Source: Eledone cirrhosa
Lineage: Eukaryota
Assembly: GCA_964016885.1 (NCBI GenBank)
Contig: OZ024740.1
Coordinates: 368,590,001-368,654,000, forward strand
Reading direction: 5' to 3'
DNA length: 64,000 nt
Position numbers and translations under genes: made by a program. The notes under the pieces were generated by a model. That model was not told where the DNA came from and did not search any database. It saw only the letters and a program-made list of their open reading frames with translations. Shown in pieces: positions 23,951 to 38,985 of the stretch. How positions within the stretch are numbered: position 1 is the stretch's first letter; each line of letters opens with the position of its first letter.

Positions 23951-25496
23951 TAATGGGCATGGTTATACGGAACAGGAAGGACAACCGTACGAACTCGCAT
24001 GCGCACATACCGGTCACTTCACACAGGCAATACTAAAATGCGTGCGAGAAGTGTAAGGGAGATAACTGCGAAAGTCCGAAAAGTGTTCAGTTGATAAGAA
24101 CATTATGATGTTGTTACAATAAATTCAATCCGGAGCTTTGTAGTTATGCAACAGGTGTTTCGATACGTGTGGATAACGTGTGAAAAATTCATTCCTCGTG
24201 TTTAGGCAATCACTATTGTATAATCTCTTTAGAATATTTATTCGTTCGTCAATACATAGTTCACACGACAGATTTCCCTTGCGGATGGTTTGGACTTAGT
24301 GATGGCTTTCCATTGAGGGACCATACGTGGCTCGTGAGTTTCGTGGAGGAATGTCTGTCCGGGTACCTAAAGTTCGACTGGTGTTTCAGGAAACGTTCCT
24401 TAAATCGGCCCTCCGCCATGCCCACATAGGATTTGACCTCCTGTGGTTGGTTTGGTCGGTTGAAAGTGACCACAGCTTCATAAATTACAGCTGGTGTTTT
24501 GCATTGCTCTTGAAGGGGACAAGGTCGGGCTTACGGCAAGAGCAGCCTGGTGGGGTGTTGCTCTTAGGGTTGCTGGTGATGTGGGCCTTCATGTTCTTAG
24601 CGCAAGAGTATCCTAGTTTTACTTTGTGTCGTTTGAAGATGGAGCGGTTTTTATGACCTAAGGGAAAGTGTCTATCTAAGAGGGCAAGACATTTTTTGCC
24701 TACATTGGTTTTAAAGTTGACTGAGAATGAAGGCAAACATGTCTAGACCTCTTAGATAGACAATTTTCCATAGGTCATAAATACCGCTCCATCTTCAACC
24801 GACACAAAGTAAACCTAAGATACTCCTGCGCTAAGAACATGAAGCCCCACATCACCAGCAGCACTAGGAGCAACACCCCACGAGGGTGCTCGTGCCGTAA
24901 GCCCGAAGCTTGCCCCTTTCAACAGCAATGCAACACACCAGCTGTAATTTCTGAAGCTGTGATCACTTTCAACCGACCAAACCAAGCACAGGAGGTCAAA
25001 TCCTATGTGGGCCTGGCGGAGCGCCGATTTAAGGAACGCTTCCTGGACCACCAGTCGACCTTTAGGTACCCGGACAGACATTTATCCACGAAACTCGCGA
25101 GCCACTATGGTCCCTCAAGGACTCAAGTATACACTACTCCATTCAATGGAAAGCCATCACTGAGTCCAGACCATACGCAAGAGGTAATCGTCGTGTGAAC
25201 TATGTATTGACGAACGAATAAATATTCTAAAGAGATTATGCAATAGTGATTGCCTAAACACGAGAAATGAATGTCCACACGTATCGAAACACCTATTGAA
25301 TAACTACAAAGCTCCCGATTGAATTTATTGTAACAGCATCATCATTTTCTTATCAACTAAAAACTTTTCGGACTTTCGCAGTTATCTCCCTTACACCTCT
25401 CGTACGCATTGAAGTATTGCCTGTGTGAAGTGACCGGTTTGTGCACTTGCGCGTTCGAACGGTTGCCCTTCCTGTTCCGTATAACCATGCCCATTA

Positions 25497-25534
25497 CGAG
25501 CTGAGGATCCGCTAAGGTGAAACAATTGTTCTCG
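25497..25534 (+). ncRNA. Type I hammerhead ribozyme (family A)
   Basis: Same motif as 23913-23950. Confidence 0.8.
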
Positions 25535-25632
25535 GCATGGTGAACTAACTATTGTGTAACCACTTCTACCTAACTCCTCTCATGGGCTGAGAGCTCTATC
25601 ATTACGGATATTACCTTCCAGTGTTCAACCAC

Positions 25633-25675
<43 letters not shown>

Positions 25676-25746
25676 GTGTGTGTAATGTGTGTGTGTATGT
25701 GTGTGTGTCTATGTGTGTGAGTGAGTGTGTGTGCGCATGTGTGTGT

Positions 25747-25779
<33 letters not shown>

Positions 25780-26714
25780 AGTGTTTCTGCGTGTGCCTTA
25801 TATATATTTGTGTCATCTAATTTAATCGATTAACACTATATTATACAAATGTCTAGAGTTGCAATATTTACGCAGAATTTCACATTCTAGTTTGTATGTT
25901 ATTGTAGTTGTACAGACAAATGTAGACATTGCAGATGTGAATTATTACGTTTGTTGCTTTTATTAAACTTTCTATCGCTTTATGCCACTTTTAAGTTGTC
26001 TCTGCCTGCCTAATAAAGAAACCGTAATTATTGGTATTATTATTTGAGGTATTACATGTTGCTTATAACACATTTAAAGCGATTTAGAAAGTTCATAATT
26101 GTCCTACGAATAGTAATGTTTGTATTACAATATTTCAAACGGACCAATGAAAAGAGAATTATAACTGATCTGAGCGTTATTAAAGCAGATATGAATTTCT
26201 CAGGTTCAGAATTCTACTTATTTATTTTATGATACATATTTGAGGCAAACTATTACCTTGTATTTAATTGCTCGATGCATGTGCAATAATGTCAAAATCT
26301 CTCTCATTCCAATAACAAATTATGGGCACATTGGCCAAGGTATTCTAAGAAACGCTATCTCTGAATAATGGTTAGTGTTTGGATGTAGGAGATCACCCGT
26401 TATAGGTTTTTTTTTTTATCGTGTCCGATAATTGTGTAACAGGAAATAAATAAAACTTTATTTATAATATTTTATTGATATTTGAGAACATTACATTAAT
26501 GCTAATTGGACAATTATTCCTATAGGCCGTTGACTATCGATCTGAGTTCTTCAATTTCTCCAATATATACCCGCATATTATTTTTCCAGTTTGAATTGCA
26601 ATTAATAAATATTAGGAAAATATCAATAATTATAGTTACTCTTTTTTTTTTATGAAAATAACTTGCAGTTTCCGGCCATTGTTGCTATCATTCTCTCCAC
26701 GTCTCGGACATTGT

Positions 26715-26915
26715 ATTGGGTGAATTGATAGAACGTTGGAAAAATGCTTTGCGACATATAGTTACAGACATTTGTCTCAAATCCCATTGATGACAACTTT
26801 GCATTTCATCATTCCAGTGTCGACAAAAATACATCAGATATGTACTATGGTAAGTATGAACGATTTTCCCATCCCGCATATCGTTGCTGTCCTTGTGTCT
26901 AAATTAAAATCGATG
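26715..26915 (+). mobile_element. Old, diverged OK-like SINE
   Basis: CAAATCCC..CAACTTTGCATTTCATC..GTCGACAAAA..CCTTGTGTCTAAATTAAAA landmarks in the expected order. Confidence 0.55.
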
Positions 26916-29900
26916 ATTTCGTCCACGTCTGTCAAATATATATATTTTTATGTTTTGAAGGCCTGCTAACCTTAGTCTTTTTGGTGTGAAATTTTTGGTC
27001 TGTGTAGTTTATCTACATGGGATACGACATATAATTGTTTAGTAAACCTAATAGCTCGAGCGGCAATGCGAAATATATTTGGTTGGTGCCTACAATTATT
27101 CGTATTTATCGTGCCCGTTGTTTTTGCTATATAACACCTGGTAAACCTGGAGAAAATTAATGTCTTATCAAATGTAATTTAATTTACTTGTTATTATCCG
27201 TCCATTTAGAACGGTAGACTATGATTTTAAGTTGATTTAGACGTCAAACCTTGCAAATCGGTAGATCCTAGAGTAACTCGCCTGTTGGTTACAAAGTTGA
27301 AATTCTGGCGTTCCCTTTAGACCTAGACCAATACTCAGTAAGCAAAACTACGGTGAAGACATTCCATCCATGGCTATCTATTTTGTTTATTTACTATATT
27401 TTTGCACATCAGGAGGAGCAATTCTTAATGTTTTATTTATTTGTGTATTTGACGTAATTTTGCTACTGATTCTCTCTTGTCAAGTAAAGACATAGCGAAC
27501 GAAAAATCGACTAGCTCATTGATATCCTCTAAACTCTTTTATTTCTATAAATATAGAATTGGGAGGGAAGCAAATCAAAATTCTCAAGTGTTTACTCTAG
27601 ATATGAGGAATCCTTAAAACATCTCCACTAAAGAAGAATGCATACCCCCGCAAGTTGTTAATGCATCAATATATATCATCTAATAATCTGGATATGTAAA
27701 CTTGTTTGCTTATGAATTAAAATGAGTACTTTAATGTAATTCTAACACGTTTCTTCTTCTTCTTCTTCTTCTTCTATTCCCCTTTTGAGATAATATTTTA
27801 CCCGTGGTGAATGTTTACCCAACAGCAATAAGCGTTATATCTAATGTATTGCACATATTCTTCTATATTAAACAATGATATATTTATTGATTATTTATTT
27901 ATATATCGAAATAAATTATTAGCAAACTTGAATTCATAAAACGATTTTATCAGGTTTCGATTCACTTCAATCACAATTAATATATTCGTTCATTTATTTA
28001 AAGAACTAAAGATTAATAGCGCGCCAATGAATGATATTATTTCATTTTCTGAGCTCTAATTACCAACGCATTCAACTTTGCTACTCCCTGTAATCATGGT
28101 CAGTTCAATCGATTACATTCTTCCACCAACATTAATGATATCACCTGGTAGTCAAGCTGTTACAACTTTGGTGTAATTGTCGTGAAGTTGTGGAACATTA
28201 TCTAGCGAGTAGTGAACTGAGTATGAGCTAAATGCAAGTCTGTGGAAATAATTTGCTGCTGTGAGGTTTTGGAGGTATAAATTCGAATGAGTTGTTGATA
28301 AAACATATCAATGTGTCCTTCTATTAAGAAACTTTCTTAATCTAGATATTCGATTGCTGCTAAACGACATAGTTATATCGACGTGAATATTTACGTGATA
28401 CATAAACTTTGGTGACACCATATGTTTTTGTTTTTGTTGAACTTATCACCTACGTCTTTGATTTTTTAATTGATTTTGGGTGTACACACCAGAGTGATAT
28501 CTTTGTGTAGGATACTTTTACAATGGTAGTTACAGGCTTTCAAATTTCGCCTCTTTTGCCATGTTTACAGAATTAGTTATTAGTTAAACCCAACTAAATA
28601 CTAATGTAATTGATATAGGAATAGAAATACTTTACACCCGACATCTTGTTTCTTTTTATGGCAGCAGTTTATCGATATAAATATCAAATTTAATGTGCTT
28701 TGTTTTCTTTCTTTTTTTGTGGGGGTAGTCAATAAGACGATATTATGAGGGTGAGACATTTTAGCAGATTAAGTGAATACAAACTGTACACTTGTTAGAT
28801 TCTTAGTAAGAGTTATTTTACACGTTAGTCATTCCATGAAACTCTAAACATTTATGTTGTCTGCTTTTGATTTTTGATCCACGAAAAGCATTGGGTATTA
28901 TATCTCATAGCTGCCATTTGTTAGTTTTATAAAGTATAATTTCGATGCAAAGGACACTTTCTTTGTACATTCTTGTCTTACTTCTGTGTCTACCATCAAA
29001 ACATAATTGATACATTTGTCCGTGGGGTTGGGAAGCATGTACGTCTATCTGGTATTTTATTATGGTGATTGATGTATTTCTCCGAATTATATTAGCTTAT
29101 TGATGTTTTTTCCTGCTTCAGATATATGATGTTGGTGTCATGTGATTCTAGCTATGTCAAGTTTTATCGGATCGGACATTAAGTGATGTAATTGCATTTA
29201 TATGATACTGTTGCTATGGGGGATATGTTATTTGGAAGATTTTATAAATATACATTCACTATATACATTGCATTGTCTAAGTTTTTAAATAGATTTGTTG
29301 TCTAGATTCTCTTCCGTTACAGCTGGTTAATTTGGGCTTTCCTGAAGATTGTAATAATGATAGATAGGTCGTAGTCGGACAGTTGTGGTCAAGCACATTT
29401 GTGGGTGAAATAGGTTGTACTATGTTGCAGATGAGAGTTCACAATTACAAGTTGTATTCAGCTTGATGTAGCTTATGAGACTGTTGATATGGCTTCTTAC
29501 CGATTCTGAATTAGGATGTAAATTAAATTCAGTATCTATAATATTAACCTATTCATTAATTAAATTATTTCAGTAGGTATTCATAATGTGGGCTCTGCAT
29601 CGAAGCTTCTCAAGTGCTTCGTTAGCTGTTACAGCATTTGGGTATTATATAGCACTATAGTGTTAAGACTACGTGTATAATGGTAATTTTCTTTATTTTG
29701 AATAGTTTAATATCTTATGTGATTTGTACCCTTATTAATTGTTCAATGATGTTTGCAATATATATGTAATGGATATATGCGCCCTGTCATGTTGGGTTAT
29801 CCATAATGTTTATCTTTATGAATATCTGAAATGCAGTGGAAAAGCTTTGATACTTGTAACATGTGTTCTGTATGATACGGGGAGACTTTTTTTTAGCATT

Positions 29901-30750
29901 TACAAACTGCATTGTTTCTTTCTAGATGCTATGTTGAAATCTAAATCTCGTTCCATGAGAATATTTTGGTCAGCCTATGTATTTTTCAGTCTAGGAACTT
30001 TTTACCTGACCCTCGAACTTTGTGTGCATTGTTTATTTTATATGCGGTTGTGCGTGTTATATATATTGAACATGTGTTTATCTATTTTGTATAAATACAG
30101 AGGAAAAGTATGCGAGCGAAAATGCAGTGTTGTTATACGTGGCGTTCCTTATTTTGGTTTTATACTTTGCTATCTGCACATATTTAATGATTTGTTTTGC
30201 CTTTTTATGTATGGGAACATATTGTTGGGTCTGTGTACGTTGCTTTAGACAGAACCCTCCGTTCCGGTTTATCTCCATATGTTGTAAGCCGAAGGTATTG
30301 TCCTGGTATAAATCTAACAGCGTCCTTTGATGGATGTCGATCCCCGAACCAACTTTCTACTCCGGATTATCACGTCTTCGTTTATATGCATAATTCTACA
30401 ATGAAAATTTAGCACAAAAAAAAAACAAAAAAAAAACAACATAACTATTCTTTAAAGATGTTAGCACGAAATATCAAAAAAACATTTTGAATAATCTATA
30501 GCAGATCGAATTATAAAGTAAAGCTTTGCTTTCGCAATAATTTACAAACAAGGTTTGTCTTCTATCAATTAGGTGAAAGCGGAATCTTGAATCGAAAAAA
30601 AAGATATATATTGTAAAGTTAGTATTTCAGCACTTTCATTTTCCAGCCAATAATATAAGCTAATAAAGCAAACCGTTTCTCACTATACAAGTGAAAGGCT
30701 GTTGACATTTTAAATTATAGCTTAGAATTTAGTATTTCTGTAAAAGCTAT

Positions 30751-30936
30751 ATAATTGTTTCTACTTTTGGCACAAGGCCAGAAATTACCCAGTACATTAC
30801 TGGTCCGTTATTCAATCGATCCCGTAAGGATGAAAGGCAAAGTTAACCTCGGTGGGATTTGAAATGGGAACGGCAAGGGCCGTAACTCTATGCTTCAAAA
30901 CATGGCGTCCGACCCTCTACCAATACTGCCAATCCA
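30751..30936 (-). mobile_element. tRNA-derived SINE (OK-like)
   Basis: Reverse-complement match to 51884-52066. Confidence 0.85.
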
Positions 30937-31435
30937 AAAACCTATATGATGCCTGCCATTTACATTAGCGAATTCAAAATTATATTGAAATAATAAATGT
31001 GAAATGAAAGAGAATGCTTAATTTGTATGCAGAACTTTGGTTTTGTCGTGGCTGTTAATGAAGTAAAGCTATGTATATAATCGGGGGATATCTACAAAGT
31101 GAATGGGGCGTAATACGAAATAATGTATAATCTGAATTGAAACCATTCTAAGAACTTCAACCGCGATATAGGAAGCAATAAGCAGATTCTTAACAATGAA
31201 ACTTTAATGATAATACGTATCATTGAGGACACTGTTTTTCTTCGTGTTTGATAAGTACGCTTTTTGAGATTATTTTCTTTAAATTTCCTAAAGAGAAAGC
31301 TGTTGATATTGATTTTCTATTCTTAGATACAAATCCTATATTGTTTCAAGGAATGTAGCAAGAACATAATCATTTCCCATATAAATGTCAAGAATACAAA
31401 TATAATGGGGTGTTCATTAGACACGGAGATATAAA

Positions 31436-31626
31436 TAATTGTTTCTACTTTTGGCACAAGGCCGGCAATTACCCAGTGCATTACTGGTACTTTATTTTAT
31501 CAACCCCGTAAGGATGAAAGGCAAAGTTAACCTCGGCAGGATTTGAACTCAGAATGGAAAGGGGCGTAACTCTATGCGTCAAAGCATGACGTCCGACACT
31601 CTACTGATACTGCCAATCCACCGCCC
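31436..31626 (-). mobile_element. tRNA-derived SINE (OK-like) with 18-bp target-site duplication
   Basis: Full length; CACGGAGATATAAATAAT at 31422-31439 and 31628-31645. Confidence 0.9.
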
Positions 31627-31757
31627 TCACGGAGATATAAATAATAAAAGAATACATTTTAACCTTTGTAAAATTAGTGATATCCATAATGTAAATTAAG
31701 TTTATCAATAATAAGAAAATCTTAGGAGTCCTCCGCATATCAAATACGCCCACACAC

Positions 31758-31779
<22 letters not shown>

Positions 31780-31854
<75 letters not shown>
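31780..31854. repeat. (TG)n microsatellite
   Basis: Directly visible. Confidence 0.95.
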
Positions 31855-31856
<2 letters not shown>

Positions 31857-33921
31857 TCAAATTAATTTTAAACGTGATGAGAAATGTTATTAAGAATTGT
31901 CTCTGAAAAGGTTTTCAGTGTGAATTGGAAATAGAAGGTTTAAATTAGAGTAAAGAAGGAAAGATCATACAATAGAATAGATTTTACCATACATTAAACG
32001 TATTACCGGATAACCTATAGCTTTTCAAAATAGAATAATAGGATAGTTGTGTTGTTCAGTGCAATCCCCTGTGCTAGTGGAAGACGAATGGTGGAAATGC
32101 GTCATGGACCTGCTTCTGTAGTAAAAATATTTTATCGGATCAGTGAAACTAAATTCAGTTATTGATAACCAGTTGAAACATGTTAATGCTAATAGTATTT
32201 TATTGCATACATGTCAGATGATCTTCGGGGATGTCCATACCGAGATCTCAATATCTCGGGAGTTACATTTTGAAATTATGTTTGGATAGTGGAAGTGTTT
32301 ATATTGTTGCATTCATAGATCCATATAAGTAGTTTCTGGCCCGTGCTTTCTATTTAGGATCCACTGAGACTGCGCAACACGTACAACTTAAACCAGATAT
32401 TTTGTATAGTGCTCGGGAAATAATTGCATACATTAGATCAGCGTGTGCTGCATAACTCTTGTTATCATGTGTTAATTACAGAAATTGAAATAAAGAAACG
32501 TAAATCACACAAAAGAGATGACCAGAGGTGTGACTATGGGGACAAACGTAGTAAATTACTTGAAAGTACATTATTTGTTAAGCTTCAGTAGTTCTCTCAT
32601 TAAAATGTCCGATGCTTGGTTATTCAAACACAACCTTGATTATGTAATCTTAAATGATTGTATTGATTCATATTTATTCATTAATAACACTGTAAAATAA
32701 TTCCCGTAACTTCTACAAAAGGAAATATGAATTTTCCTCACAATAGTCGGCATGATAGATTTCAAGGCTGTGAGCGACAATCCAAACCATCATTGTAATA
32801 TACCAACCGTTTCAACTGAATTAATTATTATCCTCTGTACAAACGTACACTGAACGTTTTAACGGTTGCCAATGAATTGAATACTCTATGAATGAATTTA
32901 ATTAATTTCTATCTTGATCACAGGAATAATTATATACGTGCACATCTATCTACCAATGTTGACAAAACTGTATTTCGATGAAGTTGTTTATAAAGACCTA
33001 AAAATAGAAATAATTAATACTACACAGCTAAAATGTGATTTGTTAATGTTCTAAGTTTCAATAATTTCATTTTAATAACATGCTAATTATGGCTCCTAAA
33101 CATTAAGACAGGTATAATTTCCTGTTCATTAGAATGAATTGCTTCATTGCAATAAGTATGTGAGCACGTAACTTCCTCTATTAAGATACATACACACACA
33201 ATACGTATGAAAACATGGTAGCTAAGTTGGCATAGGTATGCTTGTTGCCGGTTATCAAGTTTTGATTAAACAATGTGGCGGCCTTAGTGATGAGAATAAA
33301 TTATTTTCCAAATGATACATTTGGTACAAAGAACCTAATAAACACAACCGCGAAATACTAATGAATTAAAATTAATTAAATATAAAATACAGTTATGCGA
33401 GAGTCTGAAAAGTAGATTTAGAGTGAAAGATCCGGTCATATATCCATCGTCTTTGTCCAAATCAACAAAAAACAAAACAACTACTTTTGAATCATTACTA
33501 CACATACTGTTCATTCATAACAGCATACGTGAATACATCACACCTCAATTAAAGATGTAACAGTCCACTTCCGTGTATGATTTACTGACTAAGTCTAGTA
33601 AGATGAAATAAAATCAAAAATGTTTTAACAAATCATACTAAACCACAACTCCATTACGTTTTCTATTAATTCTAATTAATGCCATTATATTTACGGCAGA
33701 TGGTTGTGCCTATATTATATTTTATTTCAACTAGTATTATTAATAGCATTGCTGAGACAGTTAGCAAAGAAGCTTTAAAATGTTTCTTACCACTTGTTGC
33801 AAACTAGCATCTTCGACATATTGCTACTTTCATGTTTATTGGATCCTAACCATTTCGGACAACAGAATCATATAAGCTAAAACGTTCAGCACAGGTATAA
33901 CCTTTCTGACAAGCTGATGTC

Positions 33922-33977
33922 ATATCTATCTATCTACCTATCTATCTATCTATCTATATACCTATCTATCTATCCAA

Positions 33978-34046
<69 letters not shown>

Positions 34047-34051
34047 TCTCT

Positions 34052-34145
<94 letters not shown>
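33922..34145. repeat. Compound (TATC)n-(TC)n-(TA)n microsatellite
   Basis: Directly visible. Confidence 0.95.
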
Positions 34146-34149
<4 letters not shown>

Positions 34150-34392
34150 ATATTAGTAAATGGAAACTATATTTATAAAACCGTATTTATTTTATTATAC
34201 ATATTTCAAGGGCAACCAAGGTAAATTATGGTGTGCTTAAGCGCAAATATGTATAACATAAATATGGTTTGATAAATATAGTTTCCATTTATTAATATAT
34301 TGTGTATTTACTCCACACATTGTTGAGTGCTTTATATCAGTTATACAATTTTTAAGCTTGTTGAATCCCAACAAATTAAATATAACCTCTGC
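34145..34392. mobile_element. Mini fold-back of a family E-related pLTR end
   Basis: 34145-34206 is inverted relative to 34245-34305; 34245-34392 aligns with 17151-17300 and stops at the same GCA-TATA point. Confidence 0.75.
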
Positions 34393-34435
34393 ATATATAT
34401 ATATATATAGATATGTATGTATGTATCTATGTATA

Positions 34436-34490
34436 TGCCGGGTTCAGTCAGGGTTAACCACAGTAAGTAAAGTAATCAATACTTTGTAGC
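34436..34490 (-). mobile_element. Short 3'-terminal fragment of family B-type pLTR
   Basis: CCGGGTT.AGTC.GGG.TAACCACAGTAAGTAA matches 2654-2686 and 39625-39657. Confidence 0.6.
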
Positions 34491-34919
34491 TTATTAAAAT
34501 ATTTAATATATTTAATATTAAATATTATATATATATATTAACAATCGATTTATATATTTATTTAATACTATTATTATTATGATGTGATGTTTGGATTTTG
34601 ATTTCTGTGTGTACGGGCTAACACCAAGTATAATCCACGAACCCCGAGAGAGAGGAAATTGATAATTACTATATTTTTGGGGTGGGCGGGTGGGGAGTTA
34701 ATATAGTTACAGCGGTTTGTGTTTTAAATGTATTCCTTGGTTTTGTAAGAAGACTGTACTAGGAAATGTCTGTCAACATCTAAGAAAATGTAAAGTTACT
34801 TTTAAATTATTTGTGTGATGCCAAATGATAGATGACAATAAAATAACGTTAAAAGGTATTTAGTATTATGTACAAATATAATGCATTTTGATGATAAGTG
34901 AAAAATATTTTTTTTTAGT

Positions 34920-36100
34920 TACATGGAGAGAATATCTCGTTTGATAGGACATAGGAACGATCCTCTTCAGTACTATTTCCTTAATTTCCTCAAATTTTGA
35001 GTTCCCTGAGATTTGAGATAGATGATGATTAGTTCTACTACCACGGGTATTGTTCTGGAATTGAGTTTCAACATTTTGCAAATTTCTCTGTCGAGATATG
35101 TGTACATGCTCAATTTTTAGTGCATCATGACAAATACATTTATATCAATTGGGAAAGTCATATCGCTGATGAGTCATGGCTTTGTCTAAACACCATTCAA
35201 TATAATATTTGATATATTGGCACGATATTTCTATCAGTTTGAACATGATAGTGCCATAGGAGTGAGATATGATGTTTTTCAAGCACTGGATGTGGTTTCT
35301 GCTCCCGTCAGTTCTTATTAATGGGACAGGTCTAGGAAGATCCTTGCAAATTACTCAAAGGATATTGTGTACAGTTCTAAATTGCTTGTTGAGCTACTCC
35401 AATGCCCCAAGAAGTCTACACATGGAGACAACGTGATCGATGAATTTAGGTTGATGTTTGCATACTCGACATGTTAGGCTATTTCCGTTCTTTAAGATGT
35501 TGGCCTTTTTTTAGGCAAAAATGTAGCCTGTGCTCCTAAGATATTACTCAAGCGGACGATAACGACTGATGTATAACACTTTTGTCCACACCAGTGTTGT
35601 TAGTTCCCTCTCTGAATACTTTCCAAGTTTGCCGACAGGAATATTTTAGGCTGCATTTGTATCTAGAGTTTTCAGCCTTTTCACATTTTTGTGCTTGTTT
35701 TATTTCATAAAATTCATAGATAACTTGTACTTTGAATTCAGCTAAATATGTTCGTGTCTATATTTTTGCTGTATTGGTGCTTTGAACATGTTTTAGCATC
35801 CAACATGACTGCTGCAAATTTCAGCGACAATTAAATTTGTATGATTCCATGGCCTCCTTCACTTCTTTTCAGGAAATTTGTTCAGTTTGCTTTAGTTTGC
35901 TGCATTCCGTTTCCTGTCAACTATATCTAAATGTTTCTATCAAATATACAGATTTTGGCACTTGATCAGTTATTAATACTGAAACTATATGTTGTGAACG
36001 TTATAGCTAAATCATTAATTGCTTCAGACCTATTTCTTGCCTTATTTCTGTCCTGAATATGGTCCTAATACTGCGATAACATTTTCATTTCTATTCACAT
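34920..36100 (-). pseudogene. Decayed R4/Dong element 3' half
   Basis: AINDLAITFTTYSF..FDR..EGGHGIIQ and LSQISGNSKFEEIKEIVL parallel the Dong ORFs at 47740-49453. Confidence 0.65.
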
Positions 36101-37246
36101 CGCTTTGTGTAAAAATGTCATCGACTTCTTATTCTACAGGATAATTGCAACACTTCCCTGGTTCTAACACCTTTATTGCAGTTTGCTGATCAATTTCAAT
36201 GCTGGATGCTTTGACAATGTTCATCTAGCGGAGATTAATTTTTACGCATATATCAATGTTAAATTCGTACAAGTATGGTCATTAATGTATTTTAAAAGAA
36301 ATAGTGCGCCGTTTAGCCGGTGGCCATTCATGCAAAAAAGAACTTATAATGTTCTCATAGATTTTTGGAGCCATATTTTGTTTCATAAGTAATCTAGATC
36401 TAAAGCTCTCAACAGCATATCCCTACCCCCGAGCATATCCCTACCCCCGATGGGGGGGGGGGGGGGGCATTTCGGGACATCAAGCGGGGAGTGTTTGGGA
36501 GCATGTAGGAGCTAGGGGGCTTTTGAAGGTGGGGTGAGGTGCGCTAGGGTGCGCAGGGAGGCTCTTTAGTTTGGCAAAGTGTTTAAGCCATATGTGTACG
36601 TCTCTGAGACAGCCAGTGAATGAAGAAAGCGAAGAATATAAATGAGAGCAGCTTGTCAACCAATTCCCTCGGGAGATAAAAGGAAAACGAAAGGCATAAA
36701 AGGAAATGAAAATAAGGGCAACGTCAACTATGACAACAGTTACAAGAACAACTTCAACAGAAAAAGAAGCAAGAGTGATGAAAGGTGTGGGTGTATAATA
36801 ATACATACATACGAATATACACACGCATGCATACGTACACACATGCATACATGATGGCTGCCACCTCGTTATCGATTATGGGCATTACACGATATACCAT
36901 TATTAATAATTATTTGTTAATTCTATCGTGCAATGCCTGTGCATGAAGATATTGTTTAAAGTTAGGAAAGACTGTGCACTGAGCCAAACCCACTCTCTGA
37001 GCGACAGTAGCTATAACCCGAAAAGAAGAAAATATCAACATCATCGGTAACTACAGAGCCGCAGGTTTTATATCGGAGTTATCCCAGTTTCCTGAGTTGC
37101 CTTCTCCTGGAGCAACGCCCTGACAATGGCTAGGGTCCTTCACTCCTAGTAGTTTAACCGCCCGATCGGGTGTCCAGCCCGACTATTTCTATGCCCTCGC
37201 GCACATGCACCCATGCATACACACTTATATGTACATGTGTATATAG

Positions 37247-37695
37247 ATATTTACACACTTTTGGATGGGCGTTGACACATATGACTTCTTCCGCCCTTTG
37301 TCAGGTCTTGTGTTTTGTCCTGCAGGGTGTCCTAAATCACCCTCCTCACCAAGTAAACTTGGTGGGGTTGCCGGGTTAGTCGCCGACGACCCGGCCATGC
37401 GACACAGCTGTACTGGGTTACATGTTACAAAGTAGTACTCAAGAGTGACCCGATAAACACACGCACGCATAAACATGCATTCATACGTACATACATACAT
37501 GTGTATATACATATTTACACAATTTAAATGGCTGATGACCCTTATCAGTTCTTCTGCTCTTTGTCAGGATTTGTTTTATGTCCTGCAGGGTGTCCAAAAT
37601 CACCCTCCTCACCAAGTAAACTCGTTGCCGACGACCCGACCATGCGACATATTGTACAAGGTTATATGTTACCAATATACTCAAGAGTGACCCGA
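37247..37695. repeat. Two diverged adjacent copies (period about 264 bp) of a short interspersed repeat
   Basis: CTTTGTCAGG..GTCCTGCAGGGTGTCC.AAATCACCCTCCTCACCAAGTAAACT..CCGACGACCCG..ACTCAAGAGTGACCCGA occurs twice. Confidence 0.8.
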
Positions 37696-37932
37696 CATAC
37701 ATACATATATACATACACATATAAATATACACACAGGCCGGCGTTGCTGTTTGATGAGGTTGAACAACTGTGGTAGTTAATCTCCCTAGGTAATAAAATC
37801 TCAACATAAATCATGTCAACATACTTAAAGGCAAATATACACCCAATTAAATATAAATACATGCATATATTCAAATATATAAATGTATGGCTATATACGT
37901 AAATGTATGTATGTATATACGTATGTATGTAG

Positions 37933-38007
<75 letters not shown>

Positions 38008-38214
38008 CATAGGAAAAGTATATGACAATAAGGAGTTCAGTTACGAAAGGTGTTAGGTATTAGGTTCACGCTTGCTATGTTACGAACCTTGCCACTAGTG
38101 TAGACAATACTTAAAAAAGAAAAATATAAATATATGTGTGTATGTCTGTGTGTGCGTGTGTGCATTATATATATATATATATATATATATAATACAAACA
38201 CACACATATATACA

Positions 38215-38340
38215 TTGTTCGATCCTGCCTCGAGCGACGGAGAAACTTATGTAATATGTTAATAAATTGTAGTTTGATGCATTACTGATTCCTCTTTTTC
38301 TATAATAATATACTCTGCTCTCCGCGAGCATCGAGTGCTC

Positions 38341-38345
<5 letters not shown>
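38215..38345 (+). mobile_element. Probable PLE pLTR 3' end carrying the conserved bulged stem-loop
   Basis: TACTC TGCTC tccgc GAGCA TC GAGTG then CTCACTT and (TA)n; context resembles the family B end. Confidence 0.5.
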
Positions 38346-38400
<55 letters not shown>

Positions 38401-38401
<1 letters not shown>

Positions 38402-38604
38402 CGAAGGAAATGTGGTAAGGAACCAGATGGATCATAACGCACCAAAGTACTCAATGCCTAGGGTAGTAGAGTGGGTAATAGGAACGAGTAGGACCCCGAC
38501 GGCTGAGCTCAAGCTGTTTCGACGGCTAATTCTGGACTTTTTGGGGGGGATCCAGAATTAGCCATCGAAACGGCTTGAGCTCAGCCGCCGGGGTCTTACT
38601 CGTT

Positions 38605-38609
<5 letters not shown>
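38401..38609. mobile_element. Mini fold-back pLTR element (family H) between (TA)n tracts
   Basis: Arms 38479-38536 and 38551-38608; related fragment at 62441-62490; stem-loop motif at 38448-38473. Confidence 0.7.
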
Positions 38610-38654
<45 letters not shown>

Positions 38655-38796
38655 TTAGTTTAGCAAAACAAGACCACAAATTTCACAAGGAACACATTAA
38701 TTAAAGATTGTCAACATAGTTCTAGGTTAATGAAAGGAATGTAAAGAATAATAATAATACTAATAATGTCCGTTTACAATTGTTTCGCTACTCCAT

Positions 38797-38985
38797 ATAA
38801 TTGTTTCTACTTTTAGGCACAAGACCACCAATTACCCAGTGCATTACTGGTACTTTATTTTATCGACCCCGTAAGGATGAGGGACAAAGTCAACCTCGGC
38901 GGGATTTGAACTCAGATCGTAAAGGGACGTAACTATGCTGGAAAGCATGGCGTCCGACCCTATACCGATACTGCCAATCCACCGC
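38797..38985 (-). mobile_element. tRNA-derived SINE (OK-like) with about 13-bp TSD
   Basis: Full length; TA(C/T)TCCATATAAT on both sides. Confidence 0.88.

Larger units (their letters stand above)
23882..25634. mobile_element. Head-to-head fold-back of two 5'-truncated Naiad family A copies (GIY-YIG + pLTR)
   Basis: Minus arm 23882-24736 and plus arm about 24733-25634; KTNVGK..LDRHFP, YSCAKNMK, CSCRKP..CP, SYVG..FKERF..H; (TA)n flanks. Confidence 0.9.

Noticed and set aside
29739-30248. 169-aa ORF as a host exon
   Set aside because: No recognisable motif, T/G-rich low-information composition and a non-ATG start.
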